From the NCBI RefSeq assembly GCF_003918875.1, contig NW_025765772.1:1-64000 (forward strand): DNA of 64,000 nt, read 5' to 3'. A program made the translations under genes and the position numbers. The notes beneath the pieces are model-generated. The model saw only the letters and a program-made list of their open reading frames with translations. It did no database searches and was not told the origin of the DNA. Below are positions 53,155 through 64,000 of this stretch, piece after piece. The stretch is from Haliotis rubra. Its lineage: Eukaryota. The first letter of the stretch is position 1; every line of letters begins with the position of its first letter.

Positions 53155-55273
53155 TCAAAACAAGGCCCGTGAGGGAGAACCCTTAAGACAGGCTCCTGAA
53201 CTATAACTCGGCTAGAGAGATAATTTAAAATATACTTTAATTTATGGTTTTCAGAAAAAGAATATAATATATCATGTATATTACCGATATCACGTGGCGT
53301 TTCCAGCTGCACATGATATGTCTGAGGTTGGATGCCGTCTGCAGCCGATGTTTAGTGCCAGCTGAGATCGAAGATTATTGTGATTATTAACACCTTATTT
53401 GTTTCTATAATTGTAAAGTGTAACCAATATGCATGAGCATGAATATTATTTACAACTTAATCACTGAAAACAACTTTTAGAATGACACAATATAATTACA
53501 AAAACACTTTTATTATTTTTTGAATAAATAATACATATGATACAGGTTGCATTGAACCCCCCTTCTTCAACAATCGTGTTAATGCCCCTTATTGACGACT
53601 TCTACACGAAGCATCCACATGAAAGCAATAACATGTTTCTCAGTAGCACTATATACTGTGTGCGGACTACAGCGAGGACCGTGTTGAGAAGAACATTAAC
53701 TAAATATATCATTGCTCATTGCTATATTTATTTCCATATGAATTCTTAAGGATACAGTTGGAAAAAAGTACTTATTGATTCTTTGCGAGGCATGTGGTAT
53801 GCGTTGGAAGGACATGGAGACAACTGTCTATTGCTGGTAAGGACGTACCAGTGCTACTTCTGGGTACGTGATTAGGTGGCTGTTATGCAGAAGTTGTTTT
53901 CCATTAAAAGGTCATGTACTTGAGATTATTAGTACATGACCTTAATTAACATCGATTTTCATTCTGGGAAAGAAGTGGACTTTACATAATTTCCATTCCT
54001 GAGTAAAAGTTTGAGATAAGGAGATTTGTGTGAAAAGCATACCATCGTCCGTGTGTGTTGCTGAGGGCGCCACAAACGGCACACCCTCAGGCCACCAAGA
54101 AGGCCGAAGGCCTTCGTTTCCCCAAATACATCGGGATCCCTTGGCACCTGGGAACAACAGGATAGATTATATCATATATGTTACATCGCAGGTAATTCGA
54201 ATGATATGGTATATATAATACTGAATAATGTTTTCTTATGTGTGACGATACACAAGCATGCACGCACGCACCCAAAACGCACAGACTTTACCTTTGTCAA
54301 TTGTGACCTGAGTGACCGCTCGTCTTAATAGGTGGACGTCCCGGACGTCGGCGTAGTCCACCGCCATGGATATACGTCGAAGGTCGACTTTTTCCTCTAA
54401 AAATATTTCAAATTAAATAAGGTGGTATTTAACATGATATATGTTATGCTCTTACTGTAAGTAAAGTATGAGGAGTGAGAGCACGTACCTTCCTGAGTGG
54501 TAGCGGGCGCTACCGGTGCAATATTCAGTATGTTAACCAGGTTGCTGCGGCCAACAGCCTCAACCATATCTTGGTGTCCTGTTTTAATATAATTAAGTTA
54601 AAAGGCATTAAAAAGCTTTAAGTGATTGTATTTTATGGTAAAGCGATGAGACGCGAGTTTTTTCAATAGATAGTCCACTTACTTATGTATAATATATATT
54701 ACAATATGGGAACGAAATGTTATTTCAATTGAGCGAAACGGTTTTTTTATATTAGCACATATACTTTGTTTTTAAATACTATATCAGTAATTAAGAAGTT
54801 CAGCATTGACGAGAGCTCTATTTGTGTACACCCAAGACGGCATGTCAGGCTATTCGACATTAACAATCTGGATATGATTTCAGATGAAATGTAAAAAAAG
54901 CATACCAACAACCTTCAATGTTCCCTCGGTTGTGAGGTGCACAAGGGCCATTTGTGGCATCCCTTGAATTTTACCAAAATTCCGCACCTTAATGTAAAGT
55001 AAGGCAAGTAAAACAACAATGATAAAGAATTTGAATATATTGTATTTATTTCATATAGAAAAATATGTATTCTCTAGGGAAGCTTATAAAATGTAAACTT
55101 TATAGGGCATGAACGAAGGGCATGAACGAATACGAACACAAACTTAGTGATTAGCACAACATAAATATACGTAGACAGTGTCTTAAAGTTAAAAAACATA
55201 CCCTTTGCCTCAATCTCCCCATTCTTTTCCTGGCATTCGCCCGTTTTCGTTTGTATTCAGGGACTGGATTGTT
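53155..55273 (-). CDS. Spliced gene encoding an NRF1/Erect-wing/P3A2-like DNA-binding domain protein; start exon not resolved
   Basis: Phase-consistent GT-AG exons 55273-55202, 54987-54906, 54578-54489, 54396-54292, 54147-54043, 53361-53285 and 53211-53155. They give RANARKRMGRLRQRVRNFGKIQGMPQMALVHLTTEGTLKVVGHQDMVEAV ... GSRCIWGNEGLRPSWWPEGVPF ... NLRHIMCSWK, comparable to NRF1 RLLRKLR..QAIVL..FKVFG..WGKESCKPIWWPEDIPW..ALRTIVKNCYK. Confidence 0.72.
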
Positions 55274-55414
55274 CTATATCAACACATGAAACGAACTATT
55301 ATGATACTGGAAAGAGTATTACAATACTAACTAAATAAAACTAAAATATATATACGGGTTTGACAAGTTTGTATAGCTGTGTGCCCTCCCGCCCAGCCCT
55401 TGATGTAACAATAC

Positions 55415-58400
55415 TGTAACGCTACGGTACTTACTGTAATGCCACAGTGCTTACTGCAATGCTACAGTGCTTACTGTAATGCTGCGGTGCGTACTGTTCC
55501 ATCTACGGTGCTTACTGTAATGCTACGGTGCTTACTGTGCCATCTAGGATGCTTACTGTAATGCTATGGTGCTTACTGCAATGCTACAGTGCTTACTGCA
55601 ATGCTACAGTGCTTACTGTAATGCTACAGTGCTTAATGTAATGCTACAGTGCTTACTGTAATGCTACAGTGCTTACTGTAATGCTACAGTGCTTAATGTA
55701 ATGCTACAGTGCTTACTGTAATGCTACAGTGCTTACTGTAATGCTACAGTGCTTAATGTAATGCTACAGTGCTTACTGTAATGCTACAGTGCTTACTGTA
55801 ATGCTACAGTGCTTAATGCTGTGCTTAATGTAATGCTACAGTGCTTACTGTAGTGCTGTAATGCTACAGTGCTTACTGTAATGCTACAGTGCTTACTGTA
55901 ATGCTACAGTGCTTAATGTAATGCTACAGTGCTTAATGTAATGCTACAGTGCTTAATGTAATGCTACAGTGCTTACTGTAATGCTACAGTGCTTACTGTA
56001 ATGCTACAGTGCTTACTGTAATGCTACGGTGCTTACTGTAATGCTACAGTGCTTACTGTAATGCTACAGTGCTTAATGTAATGCTACAGTGCTTAATGTA
56101 ATGCTACAGTGCTTACTGTACCGCTACCGTGCTTACTGTAATGCTACGGTGCTTACTGTAATGCTACGGTGCTTACTGTAATGCTACAGTGCTTACTGTA
56201 ATGCTACGGTGCGTACTGTACCATCTAGGGTGCTTACTGTATTGCTACAGTGCTTACTGTAGTGCTACAGTGCTTACTGTAATGCTACAGTGCGTACTGT
56301 ACCATCTAGGGTGCTTACTGTATTGCTACAGTGCTTACTGTAATGCTACGGTGCTTACTGTACCGCTACGGTGCTTACTGTACCGCTACGGTGCGTACTG
56401 TACCATCTAGGGTGCTTACTGTAATACTGCGGTGCTTACTGTAATGCTACGGTGCTTACTGTAATGCTACAGTGCTTACTGTAATGCTACGGTGCGTACT
56501 GTACCATCTACGGTGCTTACTGTAATGCTACGGCGCTTACTGTAATGGTACGGTGCTTCCTGTACTGCTACGGTGCTTCCTTACTGTAATGCTATGTGCA
56601 GCCCTTAATGTAATGCTACAACCCTTACTGTAATGCTACAGTACTAACTGTTATGCTACAGTACTAACTGTTAGATAGATAGATATTCTTTATTTCCTCC
56701 ATAAAATTACAAGATTACATTTGTATGGTAAACAACAGTACATAAAACTTTCTAATTATTAGTACTTATATTATACAGTAATATTCAATTGTGAAAGAAC
56801 TGAAGGTATCTATGAGCATTGCCGGAGTATGCTCTCCCAACTGCGAACAGAGAGACTAATCATTACCACCAGTTCTGACCAAACATTATAATCCAGTACA
56901 TCCTTACAGTGGTCAGGTATACCTCCGAGGAGGAATGACACGAATACATCATCGTGTTCCATCCACATTTTAACAAAAATGTCTATGTCAAGAGTATCAC
57001 AGATTCTTTCAAATAGAGAATTCCTTTCTACTAAGTTATGCTGGCATGACATAAAAACATGTTTCATAATGCCGTGAGCAAATGTTCCGCATAGACATTC
57101 CTTTGATTCTATTGGAGTTGCACCAAGCCTTATTATTCTATAATGCTACAGTACTAACTATTATGCTACAGTACTAACTGTTGTAAGGCTACAATCCTTC
57201 CTTACTGTAATGCTACAGTACTAACTGTTATGCTACAGTACTAACTGTTGTAAGGCTACAATCCTTCCTTACTGTAATGCTACAGTACTAACCGTTATGC
57301 TACAGTACCAACTGTTATGCTACAGTACTAACTGTTATGCTACAGTACTAACTGTTGTAAGGCTACAATCCTTCCTTACTGTAATGCTACAGTACTAACT
57401 GTTATGCTACAGTACTTATTGTAAGGCTACAATCCTTCCTTACTGTAATGCTACAGTACTAACTGTTATGCTACAGTACTTATTGTAAGGCTACAATCCT
57501 TCCTTACTGTAATGCTACAGTACTAACCGTTATGCTACAGTACTAACTGTTATGCTACAGTACTAACTGTTATGCTACAGTACTTATTGTAAGGCTACAA
57601 TCCTTCCTTACTGTAATGATACAGTACTAACCGTTATGCTACAGTACTTATTGTAAGGCTACAATCCTTCCTTACTGTAATGCTACAGTACTAACTGTTA
57701 TGCTACAGTACTTATTGTAAGGCTACAATCCTTCCTTACTGTAATGCTACAGTACTAACCGTTATGCTACAGTACCAACTGTTATGCTACAGTACTAACC
57801 GTTATGCTACAGTACTTATTGTAAGGCTACAATCCTTCCTTACTGTAATGCTACAGTACTAACTGTTATGCTACAGTACTAACTGTTGTAAGGCTACAAT
57901 CCTTCCTTACTGTAATGCTACAGTACTAACCGTTATGCTACAGTACCAACTGTTATGCTACAGTACTAACTGTTATGCTACAGTACTAACTGTTATGCTA
58001 CAGTACTTATTGTAAGGCTACAATCCTTCCTTACTGTAATGCTACAGTACTAACCGTTATGCTACAGTACTAACTGTTGTAAGGCTACAATCCTTCCTTA
58101 CTGTAATGATACAGTACTAACCGTTATGCTACAGTACTAACTGTTGTAAGGCTACAATCCTTCCTTACTGTAATGCTACAGTACTAACCATTATGCTACA
58201 GTACTAACTGTTATGCTACAGTACTAACTGTTATGCTACAGTACTAACTGTTATGCTACAGTACTAACTGTTATGCTACAGTACTAACTGTTATGCTACA
58301 GTACTAACTGTTATGCTACAGTACTAACTGTTATGCTACAGTACTAACTGTTATGCTACAGTACTAACCGTTATGCTACAGTACTAACTGTTATGCTACA

Positions 58401-58545
58401 GTACTAACTGTTATGCTACAGTACTAACTGTTATGCTACAGTACTAACTGTTATGCTACAGTACTAACCGTTATGCTACAGTACTAACTGTTATGCTACA
58501 GTACTTATTGTAAGGCTACAATGCTTCCTTACTGTAATGCTACAC
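55415..58545. repeat. ~20-bp minisatellite with two subdomains and higher-order variants
   Basis: ATGCTACAGTGCTTACTGTA to ~56600, then ATGCTACAGTACTAACTGTT interspersed with GTAAGGCTACAATCCTTCCTTACT. Confidence 0.95.
56673..57140 (-). mobile_element. 5'-truncated LINE 3' end inserted in the minisatellite
   Basis: Minus strand gives CLCG....MKHVFMSC (C-terminal CCHC of ORF2), a stop, AATAAA and an (ATCT)n tail. Confidence 0.75.
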
Positions 58546-60089
58546 TATTTACTCAGCATCTTCGGTGATTTTAAGGGATAATAGAATTATGTACATAACT
58601 GAGTTTTAATATACATAATATGTTTGAAAGGAAACGTTCACGCTCACTCTTCTTGAAATAGGGAGGTAAAACAAAGAAAGGCAGGACACGACCAGTGGTT
58701 TCAAATGCATGCTGATTGGCTAAATGACATCAAAGTAAATACAGGTCACTGTGACGTCGTTGCACTATACCTCTACAATAATCAAGGGTAAACATTGTGT
58801 ATTTGATATGTTACAATGTTGTAACAAATAACATTAACAGCTGTTTTGCGCATGTTACACATGTAATTTGGAACTAATTCATTGTTTGTTTAGCTAACTA
58901 GGTTTACTTTTTATTACTTCTATTACTGTGTGTATATTTACTGAAGGTGGCTGTGTGGACTAATACATGAAATGCATGTATGTAGATTTCCTTTACAACG
59001 TTATTCACATGGCTACATGCGTCTTTCTTCCCTTTTTGGAAGGAAAGGCCGTATCCGTGGTATAGTAGTAGAGGTAGTGGGTTCAGTATGGGGCCGCGTC
59101 ATACCAAATGACGTTGACATAAGTTACTTGTTGTTACCCTGCCTTGCGCTCGTTTTTAGGGGTTACTGAGTGGGCTTTCACTAAAATAGACATTAGTATT
59201 GACTGGTACAAGAAGCAACACACATACGCTTGTTCACGTAGCCATATAAGTGCTATTATATTGAGCGCAGGGTAAACCCCATTATATCATATTTTCATTA
59301 ATGGCGACGTCATAGTGGTACACTTGACAGTAGGCTAGTGTGACCGTGGGTAATTATTTCCAGTATACGAAACCCGAGTGCAGTAAAATTTATATCGGGC
59401 AAGCAGTAATAGTGATTATGTTCAAAGAAATTACATAACGTTAGACTGATTCATATACACTCGTGGGACACGTCGGCGTAAAAACGTTTAGAAACGTAAG
59501 AACGTTTAGACCAAAGACGTATATACACGCGAATATACGTGTTTGAATAACCGTAAAAAAACACCGTAAATATATGGTATACATTATCTGTAACAATATG
59601 CTGAAGTGTGTGACAGAATAATAAGTATACCTTTACAACCCCCTTCTTAACACATGCTGATTTTTTCATGGTGATGATACACTGGTTTGTAGCCGTTAAA
59701 ATATGAATGATAAATAGATTTTTGAATTTTTGTTTATGTGTTGGTGCGGTTATGATTTTAGTGAGCGCTGCCATATACAGGCAGATAAGATGCGTGGTAT
59801 GGCGAGACAGACCCAAGTTGTAAAAAATGGGAAAAACATTGTGAGAGATTATAAATATTTTTTTCATTAGATCTACACAAGGTTTGTGACAGGTGATAGA
59901 TTGCACAAAATACATGCACAATACAGATATTATGTTTAAATATGTTTCTTGTATTGAAAAGTTTAGAATTGGCAGCAGAGTAATGAGTTCTCCCTCAACG
60001 AACTGATCTCGCGAGACGTGAGGTGATACGGCGAGAGTTGTGGCGCTTATAGCGGGCGCTTAGTTGAAAATGAGTTGCTATCATACCTC

Positions 60090-60281
60090 GTTTTCAGAGA
60101 TGTACATTTTTCATCGAAAACTAATGAAGAGTGATTTTTGATGATAAATAGAATCTCACCCTCGTGCCTTCTGATATCAAATATATCAACACTCGTTGAT
60201 AAAAGTAAAAATTATATGTGTAACTTTATCAACCCGTGTTGATATAATTGATATCAGTAGACACTTCGGTGAGATTCTCTG
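60090..60281. mobile_element. Right/hairpin end of the element family at 19171-19560
   Basis: Near-identical TTCAGAGATGTACATT..GATGATAAATAGAATCTCACCCTCGTG..palindrome. Confidence 0.7.
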
Positions 60282-63235
60282 TATACCCCCGTTGGGCAGA
60301 TTACCAATTTAAAAATACTTTGAGATCTCGGCAAGGAAGGATTGCAGAAGTGTAAAACATTCGATTTGTAATCACTGACAACTAAAGTATCAGTTTTACA
60401 TCATGTATGCCTTCAGGTTAAAAAGCGCTTTTAAGGCTTCACGCGTTGTATCCATGTCGGGAATCGAACCCGGGTCTTCTTCGTGACATGCGAACGTTTT
60501 AACCAGTAACCTAGCTACGTTATTTCAAAAGTCAATATTCCAGCATTGTGCCCATGTGGGAATCGAAGCAGGGCCTTCGGCGTGACGAGCGAACGCTTTA
60601 ACCACTAGGTTGGCGTCTTTTTGTCAAATTATAACACGCATCATGAAACCCGCTAGTCTGTCTCACAGTCCCTGAACCACATTAATTTCCCTAGTGCCAA
60701 GCCCTCTCTGCAGTGCTAAAGCCCTAAATAAAGCAAGTCTAGTCTGAATTTCTGGTCTCCCTAGGGCTCCCATTTCAATATAAATTGGCTTGTTTGTTAC
60801 TATCAAAATTATATATATTCAGAGACTAAGCCTTAGTCTAGAAACCCGCCAACAATCCTGTTTAAATTCCCCCCTTCAAAACGATCACCACACAGTATTT
60901 AAGCTGTAGTCACTCAACCGTGAGCAAATCCAAGCTGCTTGTCCGTGGTGGGTGGAATGTGGGTCGCAGTTCGGCGTGACGCTGCAATACACAACCGATG
61001 GACTGTAATATACACGACCCAAACTACCAACTGCTCAGGAAAACTTACTATGCATATTTACCCGGAACAAGTGATAAACGCAGCAATGAACACCGACAAC
61101 CGGCGCCATCCGACCGGAACCACATCCCATAATGCTCTGCGTCAGGACGGTTTTCTGTCTATTGTAAGTATTGAGTCTATTGTGAGTTGATCAATGCGTG
61201 ACTGGGTATAACTGGGATAGGCGCTGCTCCACCAAATACACCCGAACGGTCACAATGACCAATTGTACGCAGGAAACCATTTAACATGAAATATAAACGA
61301 TTTGTTAGGGGCAAGTTATGACATGTTATTTTCTTACATACATTGTGTAATTTTGAAGTCTTGTTGGATGTATTCATCATAATTTCACTGTACTAAGCTG
61401 TATTTACTAATACCATTTGGTATTAAACGATTCATGTTTTAACTTTCATTGGCTCTCTTGGGGTTTCGGTCGAGTTGGTCTTCTGCAACCCATGCTTGTC
61501 GACAAACCCCATAGATCGATGCTAGTGATGTCGAACCCTGGGTGTTTTGGTCCAGAGTTTTAACAGACCGACGTTACAAAGCTGTAATATTGCTTAGTAG
61601 AGCGTTACACAACACACAGAAACAATCACATCCCTCAGTGGAAGGCTTTGCTTGCATTTCATACAAATAAAACCTTTAGTCAACAACATAATTTTTTTTA
61701 CCACAAAATTACAGTAATTATGACTTCTTAAAATAACAGGGATTTGTGGGGATAATGGAAAACATGTTTCATTTTGTCGCCTATATTTCAGTAACCGTGC
61801 ATAAAAAATGCAATATTTCAACTTTGAGGTATTTAGATGTTTGTTGCCATTTTAGAAGATGGTATTTGATGAACATAGGTAATTTTCTGGGTTTCATCTT
61901 CTTGTTATTGTTTGGTACAACGTTTCAGGGCTTGTTCTGGCCCCATCATCAGGTAGAACTAAAGAACAGTAACTGTTACTGTTCTTTAGTTTAGTTTAGT
62001 TTAGTTAGAGGTATTTGTTTAAAATCGTGTTTCTTTGATGGATCGATAATATTTTGAGATCCGGTTTGACCAATGTGATATACGTTTATCACGGGAAATC
62101 ACGACTATGACTATTAATACACCTATCTACGTCGTATACTAGTATTCTAATAACAGTCACGGGAAACACATATATGTCGAGGCTATATGGAGATTAGGTT
62201 ATAAATAGACGGGGGAATTCCCATAGTTCGAGCGGCTGAATTTGAATCTTTGAGTCAGCACTATCAACAACATCATCTGTTCAGCGAAGTCCATCAGTCC
62301 CTCATGGATTGATGTTGATGGAAACTACTTGTTGTTATAGGTGACAGACTACTGGATACTAATATCAATAATGGATATTGGATAATATCGTCAATATTAG
62401 ACGGGTAAGTTCGGCATTATTTTCTTCCGGCTTATAATGAGGTCACAAGTTGTCATATATTGTTGATCGGTTATTCGCTTGTCGTGTGGGTATAAATTCA
62501 TTTGCAGCTATTAACCGCGACAGTTTTCCGGGTATCATGTAGAATGTAGCGTCCGTACAACGTTATACATTAACAATTTACTACTGAGTCAATTATTTTC
62601 CCTGATCAATAAGTTGCTGTGAAGCCCAATATGGAGTTATACGAATTATTTCAGTCAGTAACTACAGGAAACACCCTAGACTTGCACAAGCCTCTAAGGT
62701 AATAATTAATAGTTTACTGAAAATTTCTAAAACAAAATCAATTAAAGGTTGGCGTATAATCCAGACTTGCCTCTTAAAAGGACAGAATTACTAAACATCC
62801 ACGGGCTTACCATTCAGCACAGCCTGGGATCAAGGCTAAAAGCGCCCACGTGGTTAAATAAACAGGACATTAAACCAGCTTACACAGGCGCTCCCCTGCA
62901 TCCCCCAACCCCATCTCCCCCCGCCCTGTCCTGAAAGTTTTTTAAAAGACCATTGAAACTCTCGTGAAAACGGGTGTAAATGAACTGTGCAGCCCCCTTT
63001 CTTAAACAACATATAATGTAAATACACTATATATTCTACTCCACTGGCGGTGGGGTAGTCTTATGGTTTTAGCTTGCGCTCGTCATGTCGAAGGTCTGGG
63101 TTCGATTCATCACGCGATGCAATGTGTACAGCTCATTTGCTAAAACGTGCTTTAACCCTGACTCACTTAGACTGACACTTAAATATGTAATAAGCCTACT
63201 TAGGCAATCTAAACTTTATTCAATCATTCTAGACT

Positions 63236-63389
63236 NNNNNNNNNNNNNNNNNNNNNNNNNNNNNNNNNNNNNNNNNNNNNNNNNNNNNNNNNNNNNNNNN
63301 NNNNNNNNNNNNNNNNNNNNNNNNNNNNNNNNNNNNNNNNNNNNNNNNNNNNNNNNNNNNNNNNNNNNNNNNNNNNNNNNNNNNNNNNN
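63236..63389. other. Assembly gap (N run)
   Basis: Run of n. Confidence 0.99.
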
Positions 63390-64000
63390 AAAACATACTC
63401 CTTGACGAAGGGTTTGATACTTTTGAACATTGAGAAACTTGTATTGGTGTAAATATACATTGTTTTACATTGAAATGATGGGATAAACGTAAGATAGACT
63501 ACATGCTTATAGAATCCTTGTATGGTAGAGTTGCCCAGTTTCTACATGTGTACAAGCACATTCTGTTTCCTTGGTCGGCCTCTGCTCACTTAAACCGACA
63601 CACAAGAACACTCACCGTAAACTGGTGCAACGTTTCCTTGGTGTGTTTCAGCAACCGGGACATCGGAACAAGAGAACAGATTGCCTAGTTTGCACTTAAT
63701 GCCAAGTACTCTACTTGTAAACACGAAACAGAACACATATATGACATACTTTTAGTGTGTGAGTGAGTATGGTTTTAGTTAAACTCCAGCAGTAGCGCTG
63801 TGGGTGACACCAGAAATAGGCTGTGCACATTGCATCAACGTCTGGAATCGAACCAGGGCATTCGGCGTGAACAGGACCTTCACCACTAGACTAACCTACC
63901 GTGTTCTGTAGGATAATGTCCATTGTTCTAAATTAAAACACAAAGTTTTAGATAAGTATTTTCACGTTCTACAGTTTATAGATAGGACTTTTGGGAATGG

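Larger units (their letters stand above)
32550..60065. mobile_element. Candidate giant multi-gene KDZ (Kyakuja-Dileera-Zisupton) DNA transposon; boundaries approximate
   Basis: KDZ transposase, a convergent Ulp1 gene ending ~100 bp away, an NRF1-like DBD gene and private satellites are clustered with no recognisable host gene between them. TIR and TSD not identified. Confidence 0.5.

Overview
Eukaryotic, intron-rich, SINE-dense DNA. The SINE families suggest a gastropod mollusc such as abalone (inference). Several 1-bp indels in conserved exons point to assembly errors. Positions 1-16 kb hold the 3' part of the condensin I subunit gene NCAPG (14 exons on +). Three of its introns begin with minisatellites built from tandem copies of the exon end plus splice donor. 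Positions 16-32 kb contain transposon debris (Harbinger relic, LTR with primer-binding site, palindromic element, TTAA/Kolobok-type element, MITEs), an intronless BTB gene with a frameshift and a duplicated 3' relic, and a possible decayed Mab-21/cGLR gene. Positions ~33-60 kb hold the most interesting structure, a candidate giant multi-gene KDZ (Kyakuja-Dileera-Zisupton) DNA transposon. It comprises a spliced CxC/KDZ transposase (+), a convergent spliced gene with an OTU-like fold and a Ulp1/C48 protease (-), and a spliced NRF1/Erect-wing-like DNA-binding protein (-). These are interleaved with private satellites of 69, 107 and ~20 bp, and a deleted DIRS1 element sits in a transposase intron. 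The element's termini could not be fixed by eye.
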